From assembly GCA_907165135.1 (NCBI GenBank), contig OU015569.1, positions 8,556,001 to 8,620,000 on the forward strand: DNA of 64,000 nucleotides, written 5' to 3'. Under the pieces are notes generated by a model that saw only the letters and a program-made list of their open reading frames with translations, was not told where the DNA came from and did not search any database. Shown here piece by piece: positions 25,707 through 39,400 of the stretch (position 1 is the stretch's first letter; each line of letters begins with the position of its first letter). Origin of the DNA: Oikopleura dioica (taxonomy: Eukaryota > Animalia > Chordata). The translations under genes were made by a program, and so were the position numbers.

Positions 25707-26920
25707 CGTTGGAGCTTTGAAATTCTATTTTCAGAATGAGCCATTTTTAACAAAAAAAATCAAGTAGAGGGGATCAAGCGGGTTCGAGAGGTGATGAATT
25801 TAGCACTTGGCAATGCGATCTACGCGGAACCTGCATGCTTGACTCTTCCACAACATTTGAGCCACGTGATCGAAATCGCGTACATGGTGCGAGTCGATTA
25901 CGTAATCCATGGCCGCGCCTTTTTGTTCGGCCAGAATTGCAGTAATTTCAGCGTACGAAGGCGAAACGGCTCCAGGAGGAGGAAGCATCGGAGTCACCGA
26001 TTCGGAGCAGTAGTGACTCCGCCGCCATGGAAGTGACAGGAGCAGATTGTCCCGTTAAATTCCATCGATTGGTCAAATGCGTGCGCCCACGCTACCTGCG
26101 AGGGCATTTGAAAATCTTCAGAAAGGTTTTGCGAAAAGTTCTCAGTCCTTTTCGTGCTTTACCGCCAACTCCGGCTCAGCTCAAGCTCGCTACTGCTCAA
26201 CTCGCGCTCTTCAGAGAATCTGAACGAGCTCGTTCTCCACTCCACGGTCATTGAGGTAGGAGCAGAGTAGAGCAGCCAGCTCATTTTCTTTCATAGTTTT
26301 CTGAAAATTTTATCGACAAATTTTCTAAAAACGTACGTTTGAGCCAATCGAAAATTGCCCGCTAAAGTGGGCGACTTCTTGAAGTTTTTGAACCATTAGG
26401 TTTGGTCTCACAGTCATTATTTTCTTCAGATATACATGACACTTCCGTCTTCTTCTTGATTCATAAGAATGTAAGAAAAAAAGTACTGACCCAGTGTTAG
26501 TGAATGTACGAAATTAGCACTTAGAATACGATTTACAACCATGATTGAAACTCGATTTATTAAATCTCCACACTGTACTGGCGGAATAGGTCTCATAACG
26601 CTGGGCACTCGCTTACATTGGAGTTCATGATGCTTTTTTGTGTGGGTTGGTGCCCGAAGCTTGTGAGGGAGACGCCCCTTCCCTCGCCTGCGAACTTGTC
26701 TAATCTTCGAGCAGACAATATAACGAGTAAAAATTACTCGATCTTTACCACTTTTCTTCTGAGGTAATAGGATAATCAAGAGTAAATTTTAAGGCTCCAT
26801 TTTTCAACAAAAGCTCTTTGAATGAGTCAGTGCGCTGTTTCCTCAAAAACATATTTTTTTCTTTGAAAATATGACTACTTATTAGCGACTGAAGAATAAT
26901 TGCGAGTTCAGAAAGCATTA

Positions 26921-28798
26921 ATGAACGACTTATCGATTCAAAATGAGGAACTTGCGACTTTGGCTGGAATAGAGAATTGCAAGGAGCTGGAATTCCGGAA
27001 TCGAGGCTTTTCGGACTCTTCTGGTTGCTCTTCTGACGAAAAGGCTCCTTCTTCGCAGCCAATCGCGATCGCCGATGGCGCTGGAAGTCGTCGAGCTTCG
27101 CAATCGTCAGCCAAGGGGTCTACTCGTTCCAGGAATAATTCCAAAGCCGAGTCAACTGGGGTCTCCGTCGGATCTTCCGGAGTAGGATCTCTTCAGAAAG
27201 TTCCGCCTGCCACTGCTTTCAAGGTGCCACAGTCACTGAGTCAGATCTTTCACTGTAATTTAGGACTTCTGCAAGAAAGGCTTTGGAGACCGGAAATCTC
27301 GCGCCGCTCAAGGTCGCGGCCTCGCCAAGAAACGTTAGTTCTGTTGTTGCCTTTTCTTTCGCTAATTTTATTATTTGTAGAAGGCGGCGGCGGCTCGTTT
27401 ACTTGGGGCAAGCCAGGTTGCGAGCTCGATGATCGAAATAATGTCTCCGTCAACGTAGATGATCCAAACTACGACCCCTTTCAGGTTCGTGAGCTCAGCA
27501 TATATGGACTTTCGAGCAAAATATCCTACTGTAGGACCCGGACATCGTCTTCGACTCACTTGAAATCGAACCGAGCACGGAGGAGATCGCCAGCGAACTG
27601 GAGCAGTGCATCGGCGAATATTTCAATACTGCCGATCAAGCTGCTTTCTTAGAACAAGTAGAAGGGATGATGATCAAGAACAACCGCTCATTCGTCCTAG
27701 AACAGCTTCTCGAGTCCAGCCTAGGTAATAAATGTGATCCTCGAACAAATGACCGAACTTCCTTTCAGAACAAAAGAACGAATACCGTGAACTAGCCTCA
27801 AAAGCTACCAAATACTTCTTCGATCTTCAGTACTACGACGTCATAACCGTAGCTCGTGGATTTAGCGTAAGTTAATTGACGTATTTAGCTAAATACGAAT
27901 TTCTTCTTTAGGTGTTGCTCGATCGACTGGCAGATTTAATCTTGGACACTCCTGAAGCGCCCGAAATTCTAGGAAAATTCATTTCGCGATCAATTCTTGA
28001 TGGCTGCTTGCCGGACAACTTCATTTCCGAGGAGCTTAGAGGCGCCGGGAGTCTTGGTATTTAAAATTTAAAAAAGGTTCTATTGTAATCCGTTTAATTC
28101 AGTTCGAAGATGCCTTGATTACTCGTCTGCGCTGAACAAGGATCCGAGGAGCGTCGAGACTTGCTGGGGAACGGCGATTGGCGGCTTCACCGACACTTCA
28201 GTGCTCACCGAGAAGGTGTTTATTACTGATTGAGCCATTCGTTACTTTAGCGTTTAAGATTCGCGAGCTTCTCAAAGAGTTTCTCTCTTCGGGCGATAAA
28301 GATGAGGCGTCGAAATGTCTACGCGAGCTTGACGTTCCTCATTTCCACCACGAGCTCGTTTTCGAGGCGATTTTGATCGCGATGGAAGCCGAAGACGAGA
28401 ACGTCATTAACCAAATGACATGGCTTTTACAATACATGTTCAAAGAGGTAGATTTGATCATTTCACTACATCACACTTAAAACTATACTCAGGGAGTTTT
28501 ATCTGTCGACCAGATGCATGCTGGATTCAGCCGATTCTACGCAAACGTAGACGACGTCATGCTCGACATTCCACATGTTCATCATTGGCTAGAGAAGCTC
28601 GTTTTCCGCGCTGCCCAACGGAAGATCATTTCGAAAAAATCGAACTGATGTGTCCGAACAGGTGATGTTTTTCGATGTTTTTCGCTCTTCATCGAAATTT
28701 TTAGATCACGCAAACGATTTTCCTCCGAATCCGACGCCAGCACCGTCTTTGGCCGTTCCAGTCGAATGAATAATCTTCGCAGTCTGGACGAAGAGTAA
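26921..28798 (+). CDS. PDCD4: Programmed cell death protein 4 (two MA3 domains; apparent 1-nt frameshift at 28634-28639)
   Basis: Spliced: DRKSRAAQGRGLAKKQGGGGSFTWGKPG, DPNYD, DLILDTPEAPEILGKFISR, CLRELDVPHFHHELVFEA, DVMLDIP, CPN|RSRKRFSSESD. Confidence 0.92.
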
Positions 28799-29195
28799 GC
28801 CGACAACTGCGACGCATTCTTCGATTTTCATTCTTCGCTCCACCTAACCTAAAACCGTCCATGGGCATCATTCTCTAGGCCCTGTATCATTCTCTTTCAG
28901 ATGCTTTCCTAACGCCCCAGAAAACGTCCTAGCCGCTAGTTACCTCGAGATGTGGCAATTGAGAATGCTTTGGACTCGATGCTTAATTCCGTCTATTGGT
29001 TAATCTCGAACCTATCTTCCAATTTTCGCGAAATCTTTTTCAGCATCGAGTTCGGTTCGTTTGCGAATTGCAAGCGTATTATGCGTTCTCAATCTTCAGA
29101 AATTTATTTAACTAGAAACAAATTGCCACATAACGTTCGAACTTGAATCTCCTTTCAAGCTTCTCATTCATAAAAATGTCCTCTGCGAGGATATT

Positions 29196-30110
29196 TCATC
29201 TTTCAAACCCATGAGTACTTCAACCGGTTGTAGAATCAACTGTCCAGTTCCATTTATACATTTCACAGTTACAGTTAAGCGTGTTCCCTCAAAATTGCTT
29301 TCAGATATTTCTATCAGGATGGAAGGTTATTCAATTTTAAGTGTAGGAGAACCAAAGCAATTAGTGCCGCTCCTTATCCATGGCAGCATTTTCTATTAAT
29401 TATCTTCCTGACTAAAATTTGATATTTTTGCGCTTGTGAAAGTACAAATACACTTCCATAAAATGCTAGTGTCCCTTTTTTTATTTTTGTTAAATCCTTC
29501 TGGTAGCTTTCAGCAAGACAGCGACTAGATAAAACTTTCAATTTCTGGGTTTATCAGCCATTGCCTTATGAAGAACATTGGATCATGATTCCATGGCACC
29601 AGTAACAAAGAAGTCTGCAGGCTAAACGATTGAAATTATTAACTGATCTTATGTTTCCCAAGCGCTTAATTCGACACCGCCTTGCTTATTAAATTTGATC
29701 ACGCTAACCGACCGCTAAGTTCAAATTCTACTTCGTTTACTTTTTTCTTGGCATTCATGCTCATACCTGTCTTCCAGAATGTTTGGAATTATTCGTGACT
29801 CAAAGGTTTTCTAACTACAAACGCACTCAACTTATGTACTACACATTCGCCAAGCAGTGACAAATATTATTTATAATACCATTCGCTCAGTTTCGATCAA
29901 GTCAAGTAAAGTCATAAAAAAAACTTTACTTTACAGTTGTTGTTCTGTATTTTGATCGCGCAGGTCTCAAAAGCAGCTCGTTGAATGTTGTGAAGTGGAG
30001 GTTCACCTCGCACAAGTCCGCGGAAGGGTTAATTTTCATCGGTACCGCCTTCAGCGCACTGGTGTTAAGGTGTGCCAGCCCGTCACGTATTTCGGAGTTT
30101 CAAATCTCTC
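29196..30110 (-). CDS. Possible unidentified multi-exon gene
   Basis: Several open minus-strand segments with plausible splice sites (KTFESRIIPNILED|SLQTSLLLVPWNHDPMFFIRQW; EISESNFEGTRLTVTVKCINGTGQLILQPVEVLMGFER*), but I could not join them into one frame. Confidence 0.25.
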
Positions 30111-31316
30111 GTTTTAATTTCATCTATCGCAAGCAGGTTTGAATGCTATGTCGAGGCAGAATCTTCTTACACCTGGCAAGAATTTCTGACAAAAATATTT
30201 TTTATTCCGAAAATAATGCTCTCGGAAATATAAAAATGATTGGATATGTATATAAAAAATAATTTAAGGAGACCAACCTTGATTTAGTCCCTTGATTTGG
30301 AGCTCGTAAAATATCGTTATCTTGTTGGTAAATGTTTTTTTTTTTATAAATGTGAGGTAAGTTTTGGTGGTCTCTGATTCGGAATAAGTTCGTTCGTGCG
30401 ATTTAGCACCGCCGATTAGAAATTCAATATTTTCATCACGTGTGATGAAAACTCGGAAAAGATTAGCTTCCCCCTCTCGAGTCGATTCTAAATGATGGAA
30501 GTCAACTCTCAGCCTCGCATTTATTGAGAGTCTCTAATAGAGACGAACACTCAACTATCTGTGGGGAGCCCTCAGACGGCGCACCACCTTGTAAAATCAG
30601 TAGCTTATTTTCCAGTTAAAATAGTTTTTTTCTGGCAATACAGTAGTTGGGATTCTTTTTGTGAAAACTCTTCTATACTAAGAGTCTCTCCCTATACTCT
30701 TCTATGTTATCAGAACTTCGTGGACTTAATCTAGATTACTGAAACGGAAGCGAGCGTACTTCAAGGGAAGATGAGAGAGCCGACTAAGTAGTAGGGGCGT
30801 CGAGTTGCAGTCCACGTCTGACGGGGGGATACAGTACAGCTCCAGCTTTGATGATCGACTTCGGTGGCTTTTCCTTAATGACACCTCGTTGGGCGCCCAT
30901 CGTTGATGGATTGAGCCCGCTTCGCCCGGTGGCTAAATCGAGGTGGTGGTGGTGGCGGACTCCTCAAGAGGGAGTCCCAGCGCCTCTCCACTTGTTCAGA
31001 GTTAGAGCTTTGAGCGAGAGGCCAGTGGTAACTGATAATAAGCGATTGAGTCTCGTTATCGAAGGGCGCGTCACTTGACCACCAGCAGCGCCCATCCTCG
31101 CCACCAATTTGCTCTCCAGACAACCTACTCCACCACCAAAGACTTTTGAACTGACCAAGCAACCCGGGCTTCGACCCCTCAAGAATGAAATTCAAGAGAT
31201 AAACATCTTTTGCGAACACCACCTCAAACTACTATCGAACACCAGAAAAACAAAACAAAATACAAAACAGAGAACGAAACAGAGAGTAGACACACAGAAG
31301 ATAAACGAGCGATAAA

Positions 31317-34300
31317 ATGAAGCTCGTCTGGCTCAGCCTTGTCCTCTCAGCACTAGGCGAAGACAAGGTAAGCAGTCCCAAACCAAGTAATTCAGAAACG
31401 TACGCACAAAGGAACGGTTTATGCGCTTCTCTGAAACAAAACACGGAACACGTAATCGTTATCGTTCCACGTGTGTTTGAACTTTGAGCTCGCGTTTTTC
31501 TCAAGGACTCGCGTGCGCTCCTAAGAAGTGTTTCTAAAAAATCCACCACAATAGTTCTATGTATATTCACGACAAATACATTCACGTAGAACATTTTTGC
31601 AATCTCCTACCATTGAAATATGCTATACATTAAAGATGCTTTGTTAGAACAAATATTATAAAAAAATTTAGTGACCATTATTAAAAAGATAGTAAATAAC
31701 TTTTTCATGCTAAGCAAAGATGAATTGTAAAAAGGAGCACAATTATTTATTGTACTCTTATCTAATAAAATATAATCGCTTATTAGTTTTTAATTTTTTA
31801 GTCAAAACGTAATAAAATATTTTTTTCTACTAATCACCGTGCTAAACCGTTTACGAGAGCGATATCATCGTGGCAAGCAAAACGAGAACAGAAAAAGAGA
31901 GAAAAAGAAGCTGAACGTATCTCACGTAGAGCAAAGCGTAAAAATGAGCGCAGAAATAAAAAACCATCTGACTTTGTCACTTTCACTGATGCGCCTTCCA
32001 CGAGCCCTTTTCCGACTCCAAGCAGCGAAAGTTCGAATGCGAAGTCGAATCACTTGAACGATCCGCGCCCGATGGACTCTGAGTACATCCCAAATTACAT
32101 GTCTCATGACGAGGATGACATCCTCTACACACCGAGTTACGCCATGTTTATGGCTCAGTCCGGAGCCGACATTTCCGACATTCCGATCGAAGCTAACGAA
32201 AAAACTGCCAGAGTTGCCGGTATTCCTGGAATCATAAACCTCTGGGACAAATATATCAATCAGAAGAATGGAAAAATGCAGGTCCCATACGCTTTTGAGC
32301 CCAGATTCGACGATTGGGGCCGCAAAGTCGTGGAAGATGCATTCGCCCTTATTGAAAGTGAGATGCCTTGCATTGAATTCATCCAAGCTAACCCGAGGTA
32401 TTGAGATAACTAACACAATAAACTTAGTTTTCGTTACATATAATCTATGTGAACGCATTCACTTGTTTGCATGCAGTATCAGCAAAATAAGACTGACTCC
32501 TATTGAATTCGTTGCTTGAGATTTTCCCTAGACCCTAGCTCCCAGGAAGGAGAATCTTGCAATAAGATTGAAAAACATCGTTGCTCTATCAGTATCAGCT
32601 CTGAAAATAACTCGTCTTTCTCAGACTTCATCGCGATTATTTGTACATGATGCAGTCTCGTGGATGTCACAGCTATGTGGGCCGCATAACAGGAGCTCAG
32701 CCGCTATACCTCGACATTCCGTGCCAGCGCGTTGGAGTGGCTACTCACGAAATTTTCCACGCTTTGGGTTTCCACCACGAGCATCAGCGGCTCGATCGCG
32801 ACAAGTACATTCGCATTGAGTGGGACAACATTAAGTCAACAGGATGTGGTGCCAGTAGGAATGTTGGTTGTGGCATCTACTTCCAGAAACTCAAGTTCAC
32901 CAAGTTAAGGTTACCCACACCCTACGAAATAAGCATATTCCGAATATGATATTCGGCTTTGTTTTGAATAAGCACGTCGCTAGTTGTGATGAGCAAACAC
33001 ATGTTATCCACATTTCTTTTCGATAGTTAAATTGAAGTGAACCGTTATCTATAAGCTGGTTAATACATAGCTTTTAATCGCCCTCTTATGGTTTTTTATC
33101 TGTTATTAATTAGAAGGTTGGGCGATATTAACCGCTATCTGGACTTTTCCACATCACGTGGGTAACCTATCGTCCGGTTGATGCTCCTTACGATTACGTC
33201 TCTGTTATGCACTACGACGGATTTGCCTTCTCCGAAACGCCAGGGAAGAAACCTACGATCACCAGCCGAGATGGAACCGTCTTCAGAGCGCAGCGAATCA
33301 AAGCATCTACTGAGGACATTCGACAGCTCTGTGAACTTTATGGTTGCGACAAATGCGCACAAGTTGAAGGTTCCGATGCTAGAGCCTGTGACACAGCGCC
33401 GTACTCAACATTTGAGCGTCGTGTTTGCGATGGATTCCAAGATTGCGTCGATGGAGCTGACGAGCGAGAGTAAGTTTTGGCCAATTGAAAAACGTCGTTC
33501 AGAATTAATTTCGTAATTGCTCAGGCCCCTCGGCATTTGTCGCATGTCTTTTCTTCAAAAACAAGTCAATGAGTAACGATTAAATTTAGCTGCAAATCTT
33601 GCAACGGCGACAAATCTTGGCAGTGCACAGATCAGCCTCAGTGTATCCGGACAGAACAGCGCTGTGATGGATGGGCCGACTGCAACGATGGATCTGATGA
33701 GCGTGACTGCATCGCTACCTGTTGTAATAAACTCGAACTCAACGGCATTGTCTTTTCTCGAATGAAACACGAGTTGAATGGTCGACCAGTTTACTACAGG
33801 TACAATTTGGGAGATTGATTCGGTTCTATTTCCATTTTTAGCACATCTGAAGACAAATATGTTTCTTTCTCCTACGAAGACTCGACATGGAATCTCGGAC
33901 CCCAGCCCGGTAACAACGTTGCGGATGTTCTCGCCATTTCCGGAAAAATTTGTCCCGAGCAAGTTGAAGAACCATGGTACAAATGGAATCAATACGGAGG
34001 ACTCAAACCTTGCTGCTATCCAAAGTGCTTGGACAATGTTGCGCCTCCTAGAGAAGGCAGGCCATGTGAAGAAAAACCTTGCCAGAATGGCGGCGAATGT
34101 ACGGACGACGGTTACGAGTTTACGTGTAGTTGCCCCTCAGGTTACTATGGGACACGTTGTGAACACGAATCGTCTATTTGCCAGACAAAACCTTGCTTAA
34201 ATGGTGGAACATGTATTCCTAAGGAAGACTCTTACACTTGTGAATGCCCACTTGTCTACTTTGGTCCAAATTGCGAACATGGTACGTTATAAAAGAGCAG

Positions 34301-35922
34301 AAACATTTTTTAATTCTTGTTTAATTGATAACGCTTAAAATTAGGCTGCGAGCATCCATCAGAAGCATTTGACGCTTCGCCCTCTGTTATCTACGATTGC
34401 AAGGACCGAGTGTGTCGGTTCAAATGTCCTTCTGGTGAGCTAGCAAGCGTGAGAAATCCAGCTGTGTGTTTTTGCTCTTCTGGTCATTGCAAGTGGTACC
34501 CGAGTTCCCTCAGTCAGCAGATAACTTGCCCAGATGAAGAACCTCCTACTACCACAACTACGACCACAACTACTACTACAACTACAACTACTACTACTAC
34601 TACTACAACAACCACTACTACAACAACAACGACAACTACTACAACAACGACTACTACAACAACTACGACTACAACAACAACAACTACTACAAAACGTACA
34701 ACTAAACGTACAACAACTACAAAGAAGACGACAACTACTAGAAGAACAACTACTAAAAGAACTACAACAATGAAATTCATACCTAAGAAGCCCACAACAA
34801 TGCCCCCAAAGGTAATATAGTCTATATTATACAGATATATTTAAGCATCGTTAAATAAAACCACTCGTAAAAATCACATCGATAATGTCAATTATTTATG
34901 TATTCATTCAGGCATTTATGGTAACCGAATCTGATGATGTAAGTTCCTAACCTGATGCTTAAATTAATTGAAATGAGTTTTTGTTTAAAAATTTCTTCTC
35001 GAATCATTTCTATGATAACAATAAAAACTTTGTCTTACTCCTCCATCTATAAAATATAATAGTATGACTTACTGGACGGGTACGATGAGGAGGACTACGA
35101 TGAGGAAGCGGTAACTTCCTCGACTGTAAGTGCATCACCCCAGCTACGCGTTCTTTATTTCAACCCTAGTCTCATCATTAGACTCTTGTTGGAGCATGTT
35201 TTTAAACCGAAAACTTCTTCTCAAAAACTCACGCATGGCAATATATTCGAGAGCTACGAATATATTCCTAGGGTTAATACGCTCGCTCATTAACCTCTTT
35301 TTTGGCTGCTTTAAAAATCGTGCAACGAAAAGCACGAAAAATAATTCCTCCAAGACTATCAAATTGATTCTCGGAGTTTTCGTTGTTTATTCTTTAGCAA
35401 ACGTAATGTGCATACTTTTACGAATTTGTTAGAGCACTGGCAATCGTGTTGGCAAGTGCCCGCGTCCAACAAACAAGCTCGACTCAGATGTGTTGCCGAG
35501 GAGTGACTGCTTGAACAGAGGAAAGTGGACGAAGAACTACTCTTGCAAGCTAGAATGCAAGGACAAGCGAAAGCGCCCAGTTGTTAACGGTAAGCTCAAT
35601 CGACTTCAGTCAAGACAAATGAAGGGTCGAGTTCATCTCGAGGGATATCTGGAAGTAGCATTTTATCGCGTCCCATAATGTCAACATAATAAGCGCGATA
35701 AGAAATTGCGCCAGCTCAGAATTGAAAACGATAAGAAGACGCGTAATATCGGACAACGCAAACTAAAACAAATAACCTTTTCTTGTGCGACCCCAAATAC
35801 CACATTAGATCGCGAATAACAAAACTCATCATTTTTTTATAGAAATGAAATGCCGATGTCGGCCAGGCAAGCTGTGTTCGTGGTTAGCGAAGAACGTTAA
35901 AAGAAAAGTTACATGTCACTAA
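31317..35922 (+). CDS. Secreted astacin (M12A) metalloprotease with 2 LDLa, 2 EGF, two Cys-rich CCP-like modules and a poly-Thr mucin stalk
   Basis: Signal peptide MKLVWLSLVLSALG (31317). Zinc motif HEIFHALGFHHE (~32745-32780). Met-turn PYDYVSVMHYD (~33185-33215). LDLa: CDGFQDCVDGADE and CDGWADCNDGSDE. EGF: CQNGGEC..CSCPSGYYGTRCE. Ends CRCRPGKLCSW..VTCH*. Confidence 0.9.
34548..34770 (+). repeat. ACN-codon low-complexity repeat encoding about 48 consecutive Thr followed by TTK/TTR units
   Basis: Mixed ACT/ACA/ACC/ACG codons, in frame within the astacin gene. Confidence 0.95.
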
Positions 35923-36442
35923 TCAATTTGTTCAAAACATAAAGCAAAAAAAAAATTAACGAACCAGAAAATTGCAAATAGATTGTCTGAACGCTGCGCT
36001 GGGCGATAATTCCCACCGCACAGTTCAGTTTCTATTAAAAACTACTTTTAAAAATGTTCACTTCGACCCTGCCACCAACTACAACTGTGACTACCAATTT
36101 GTTCCAACTAGGTTCTTCTTTTTCATGTGTGAAACTCCTCTGAAACCATTTTTCCTATCCGGAAGGGGCGAGAGTTCTTGAATTCCAACTTGGACTCTTC
36201 TTGGCGGGCGAAAAGTTTCCCGTGTGCTCGCTTCCGTTAAATACACTTTTGTAAATTTCACCAAACAAAATATTAAATTATTAAAAAAACAACACCAAAA
36301 AGAAGATATCTGTGTCCCACGTTTCGTTCAAAACGAAAATTTACGCTTTCGTCCAGACCGTTTATGTGTTCAATAATATAACAAAAATATACAATTTTTG
36401 TGTGTCATTATTTAAAATGTATTTATTTATCTAAAGGGATCA

Positions 36443-39400
36443 CTAAAGATCAGGGCCGAAGTTTTTAGCAAGCTCTTCACGTGATGAATCGGCAGCCATC
36501 TTCACATGGGTCCAATAGATCGCATTGAAGAGTGCGAACATAAGGAAATACAGATACCGGAAGTAGAAATCTGAAAATCATCAGACAGTTTAATTTGAGG
36601 AAGAGCCAGATTGACTGAAAAGGAATTACCTAGTCGCCTTGCCGTGTCGGGACTCTCGTGTACATTGAAGATGGAATAGATTTTTTTGGCAGACTTGGAG
36701 AAGCTGTGTGGGGAGTCGAACGAGTGGCTCGATGAAATACGCTGACTCATATGTCGCCGCTAAAACATTTATGATTTCTCGCTCACTCATAATTTATGAG
36801 AGTGCATTCGGCAGAACGAGGCATGTGTCAAGGAAACACATCGTACGCCAGTCATCAGCGATCTTACTTTTAATCCTTGGCTTGGATACTCGTCGACTGG
36901 CGCTTCTTTCTCGTCAACCACTTTTTTGCCTTTTGAATTTGAAAGAAAAGGAAACAAAAAATCATTGATTTTGAAGGCCTTCCTGTAGTCGCTTTGCCAA
37001 GGGCAACTCCATTCTTTGATTGGGATCCGTTTTTAAAGCGGGACTCGACCAGTTTGTCCCTGAAATAGTTTATGTTCAGTTCCGCCAAAGTTCATTTGAT
37101 GACGTTTATTTACCTGACTCGACCTTTTCGCGCCATCAAAAGTTCAGAACACAAAATTCCAGGACCGCAGAAAACACAAAGAAATAACATGTCCACAAAT
37201 AAATGTCCAGCGCCGTCAAATAGGAGACGCGAGGTAGCGACGATTTCAGGCCCGTTATTATCGTAGAAATAGTAAGGACAGTTGTTATTCCTAAAGGAGA
37301 AGCTAATTAGTGCCCTGAAGGGAGTGAGTCTACCCATGGAGACTCTGGCTGGCACAGATTTCGGGTCGATCCACATCGTAAGACCACCTAGCATGACCAT
37401 GATCATCGCAGGAAAGTAGCTTGAGCTCGTTTTTAAAAGATGAAGCAAAATAAACAAGAAGCTATAGTTATTAGCTAACTGCGAAACGAATCCTTTGGAA
37501 GAAGACAGAAATAAAATAGCGTTCAAATTCAAAGGTCACAGTCAATCGACTCTTCTCATATTCTTAATTTTTTATTAACCCATTGCTTTTCTGACGGTGG
37601 ACATAAAAGGGTACCAAATTGAATATTTCATCCGTGGGGAGTTCGCAATTAGTCTCTACCTTTTGGTGTATCAGAGCCCTCTTCTTTTATGTAAAAAAGC
37701 GTGGTTGAGTAGTTGTATCCGTGGTCAATAATTTTGAATTTTGGCATGTTATTGACTAAATTTATATCCATGAAAAGTGCATTCTCGTCTTAATCGGATA
37801 AACTGACTGGCCGACAGTTATCCGCCTCCTGGGAAAAATCTTCTCCGCATTTTCCTTTGCCTTGTGCGTCTTTAATTGCAGTGCCGTCCCACTGTAATAC
37901 AATCTCATCAGTATCTATCCAGGATCATTAATATTCCGCACGATAAATCTAAGACTTACCATATGCAAAACTTTGCAACGATAAAGAACAAGTCTCAGTA
38001 TCCATCGGAAAATTGTGCAGTGACATGAGGCAAGCCACTATGGATAGGTAATTGGAGGATCTGTCGATGTTCTTACCTGTTGCCGTCAACTTTAGAGAAT
38101 ATAAAACACGCCCGGTCGGCCAAATACGTGCAGCTTGGTTTGCCGTCGTTGTTTTGTGAATTACAGAGGACTAAATTCAGTAAATAATGAGGATCGATAA
38201 TAAAAATCAGTTTGTCTTGCTGGAGCGAGCCTGAAGTTTTCTGATAATTAATATTGAAAGAATAATTGAAGACGTCAATAATCTTGTGGCATTTACAGTT
38301 TTGACGAGTGCATCGTCAATTTTTTTCAAGTATCATGGATAATTAGGATCGACATTTTTCATCACACAATACTAAGTGAAATCGATCTATTCCTTCGGTA
38401 TGGCACCAAACTGTCAATGATGATATTGAATGAATAAAATTATACTCAAAAAATAACTATTACGATGGTTAGTTGGTTACCTTGCTACCGACTACGTATG
38501 TGTCGGGCACCCACAGATGTTGGATGAGTCGCGAAGGAAGTACGACACTGAACGAAGCAACATCATTGCAAATGCGATTTTTGAAAGATGTTTGATACCT
38601 CTTTAAAGGCAGCACATCTGTGGGAATCATAAGTCTTGGATCTGTCCACGTTTGATAAATGACAAAGGTAATCGTCAAGTCCATGTTAACTTCGGAGACG
38701 TCCGTTATACTTTCGATAAGGAGAGTCACTTTAACTTTGACAGGACTTCCATTTGCATTTCTTGGTTTAACTTGTTTTAGGATGAACTTTTGTTCAAAGT
38801 ATAAATTGTACTATAGTCAACCATCAAGTCAAATCTATTTCTTAAAGTTACTACCCATATCCTGAGAGTGCATAGGTATGCTCCTTGAATCTTTCTTCGA
38901 GCTGGTTTGAGATGGAGTCTTCAGGATGGGATTTATTTTTTTAATTCAGTTGTTAACCTTAACTCAGAGCACTGCACCATTATTTTATGTTCAATACGAT
39001 ATCCATTCCGTATTAAATATTTACCCCGAAAATTGATTAGCCTATGCGTTTGCTACACGCCCGTTCCCGGCAAAAATTTAATCTTAGATTGGATATAAAA
39101 TGAGCCCGAATTAAATTCCAAGTGAGTTTAACATGCCAAGCGACATGATGCATGAACTGAATAAATTGACCACACAATTGTCAATTTTTTTTATCTCGCT
39201 CATCTCCCAATTGAACTTTTTCGCAAGGCATTTGATGTGGTATGTTCTGCGGTGGGAAGTCTGCGCGATTTAAGGCTCTCCTCCATGATTTCATCAGACT
39301 AATACTCTTCGCTTAGAAATAAACGGTTGTATTAGAGTCACTTCTTCTGGTATATTTATAATCTCATCAATTATTCTGGGGGCATTTGTGATGGCCAAGT

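Noticed and set aside
25800-26294. LisH-like MKENELAALLCSYLNDRG and downstream minus ORFs
   Set aside because: Multiple stops in every frame and no splice solution found.
30848-31315. Overlapping ORFs upstream of the astacin start, possibly a retroelement ORF1 remnant
   Set aside because: No zinc-knuckle, RT or endonuclease motif, no poly-A or TSD.
31922-32458. 178-aa minus ORF (also 3627-3869, 4198-4518, 34514-34795, 43096-43572, 52673-53110, 57024-57569)
   Set aside because: Antisense shadows of genuine coding exons or low-complexity codon repeats.
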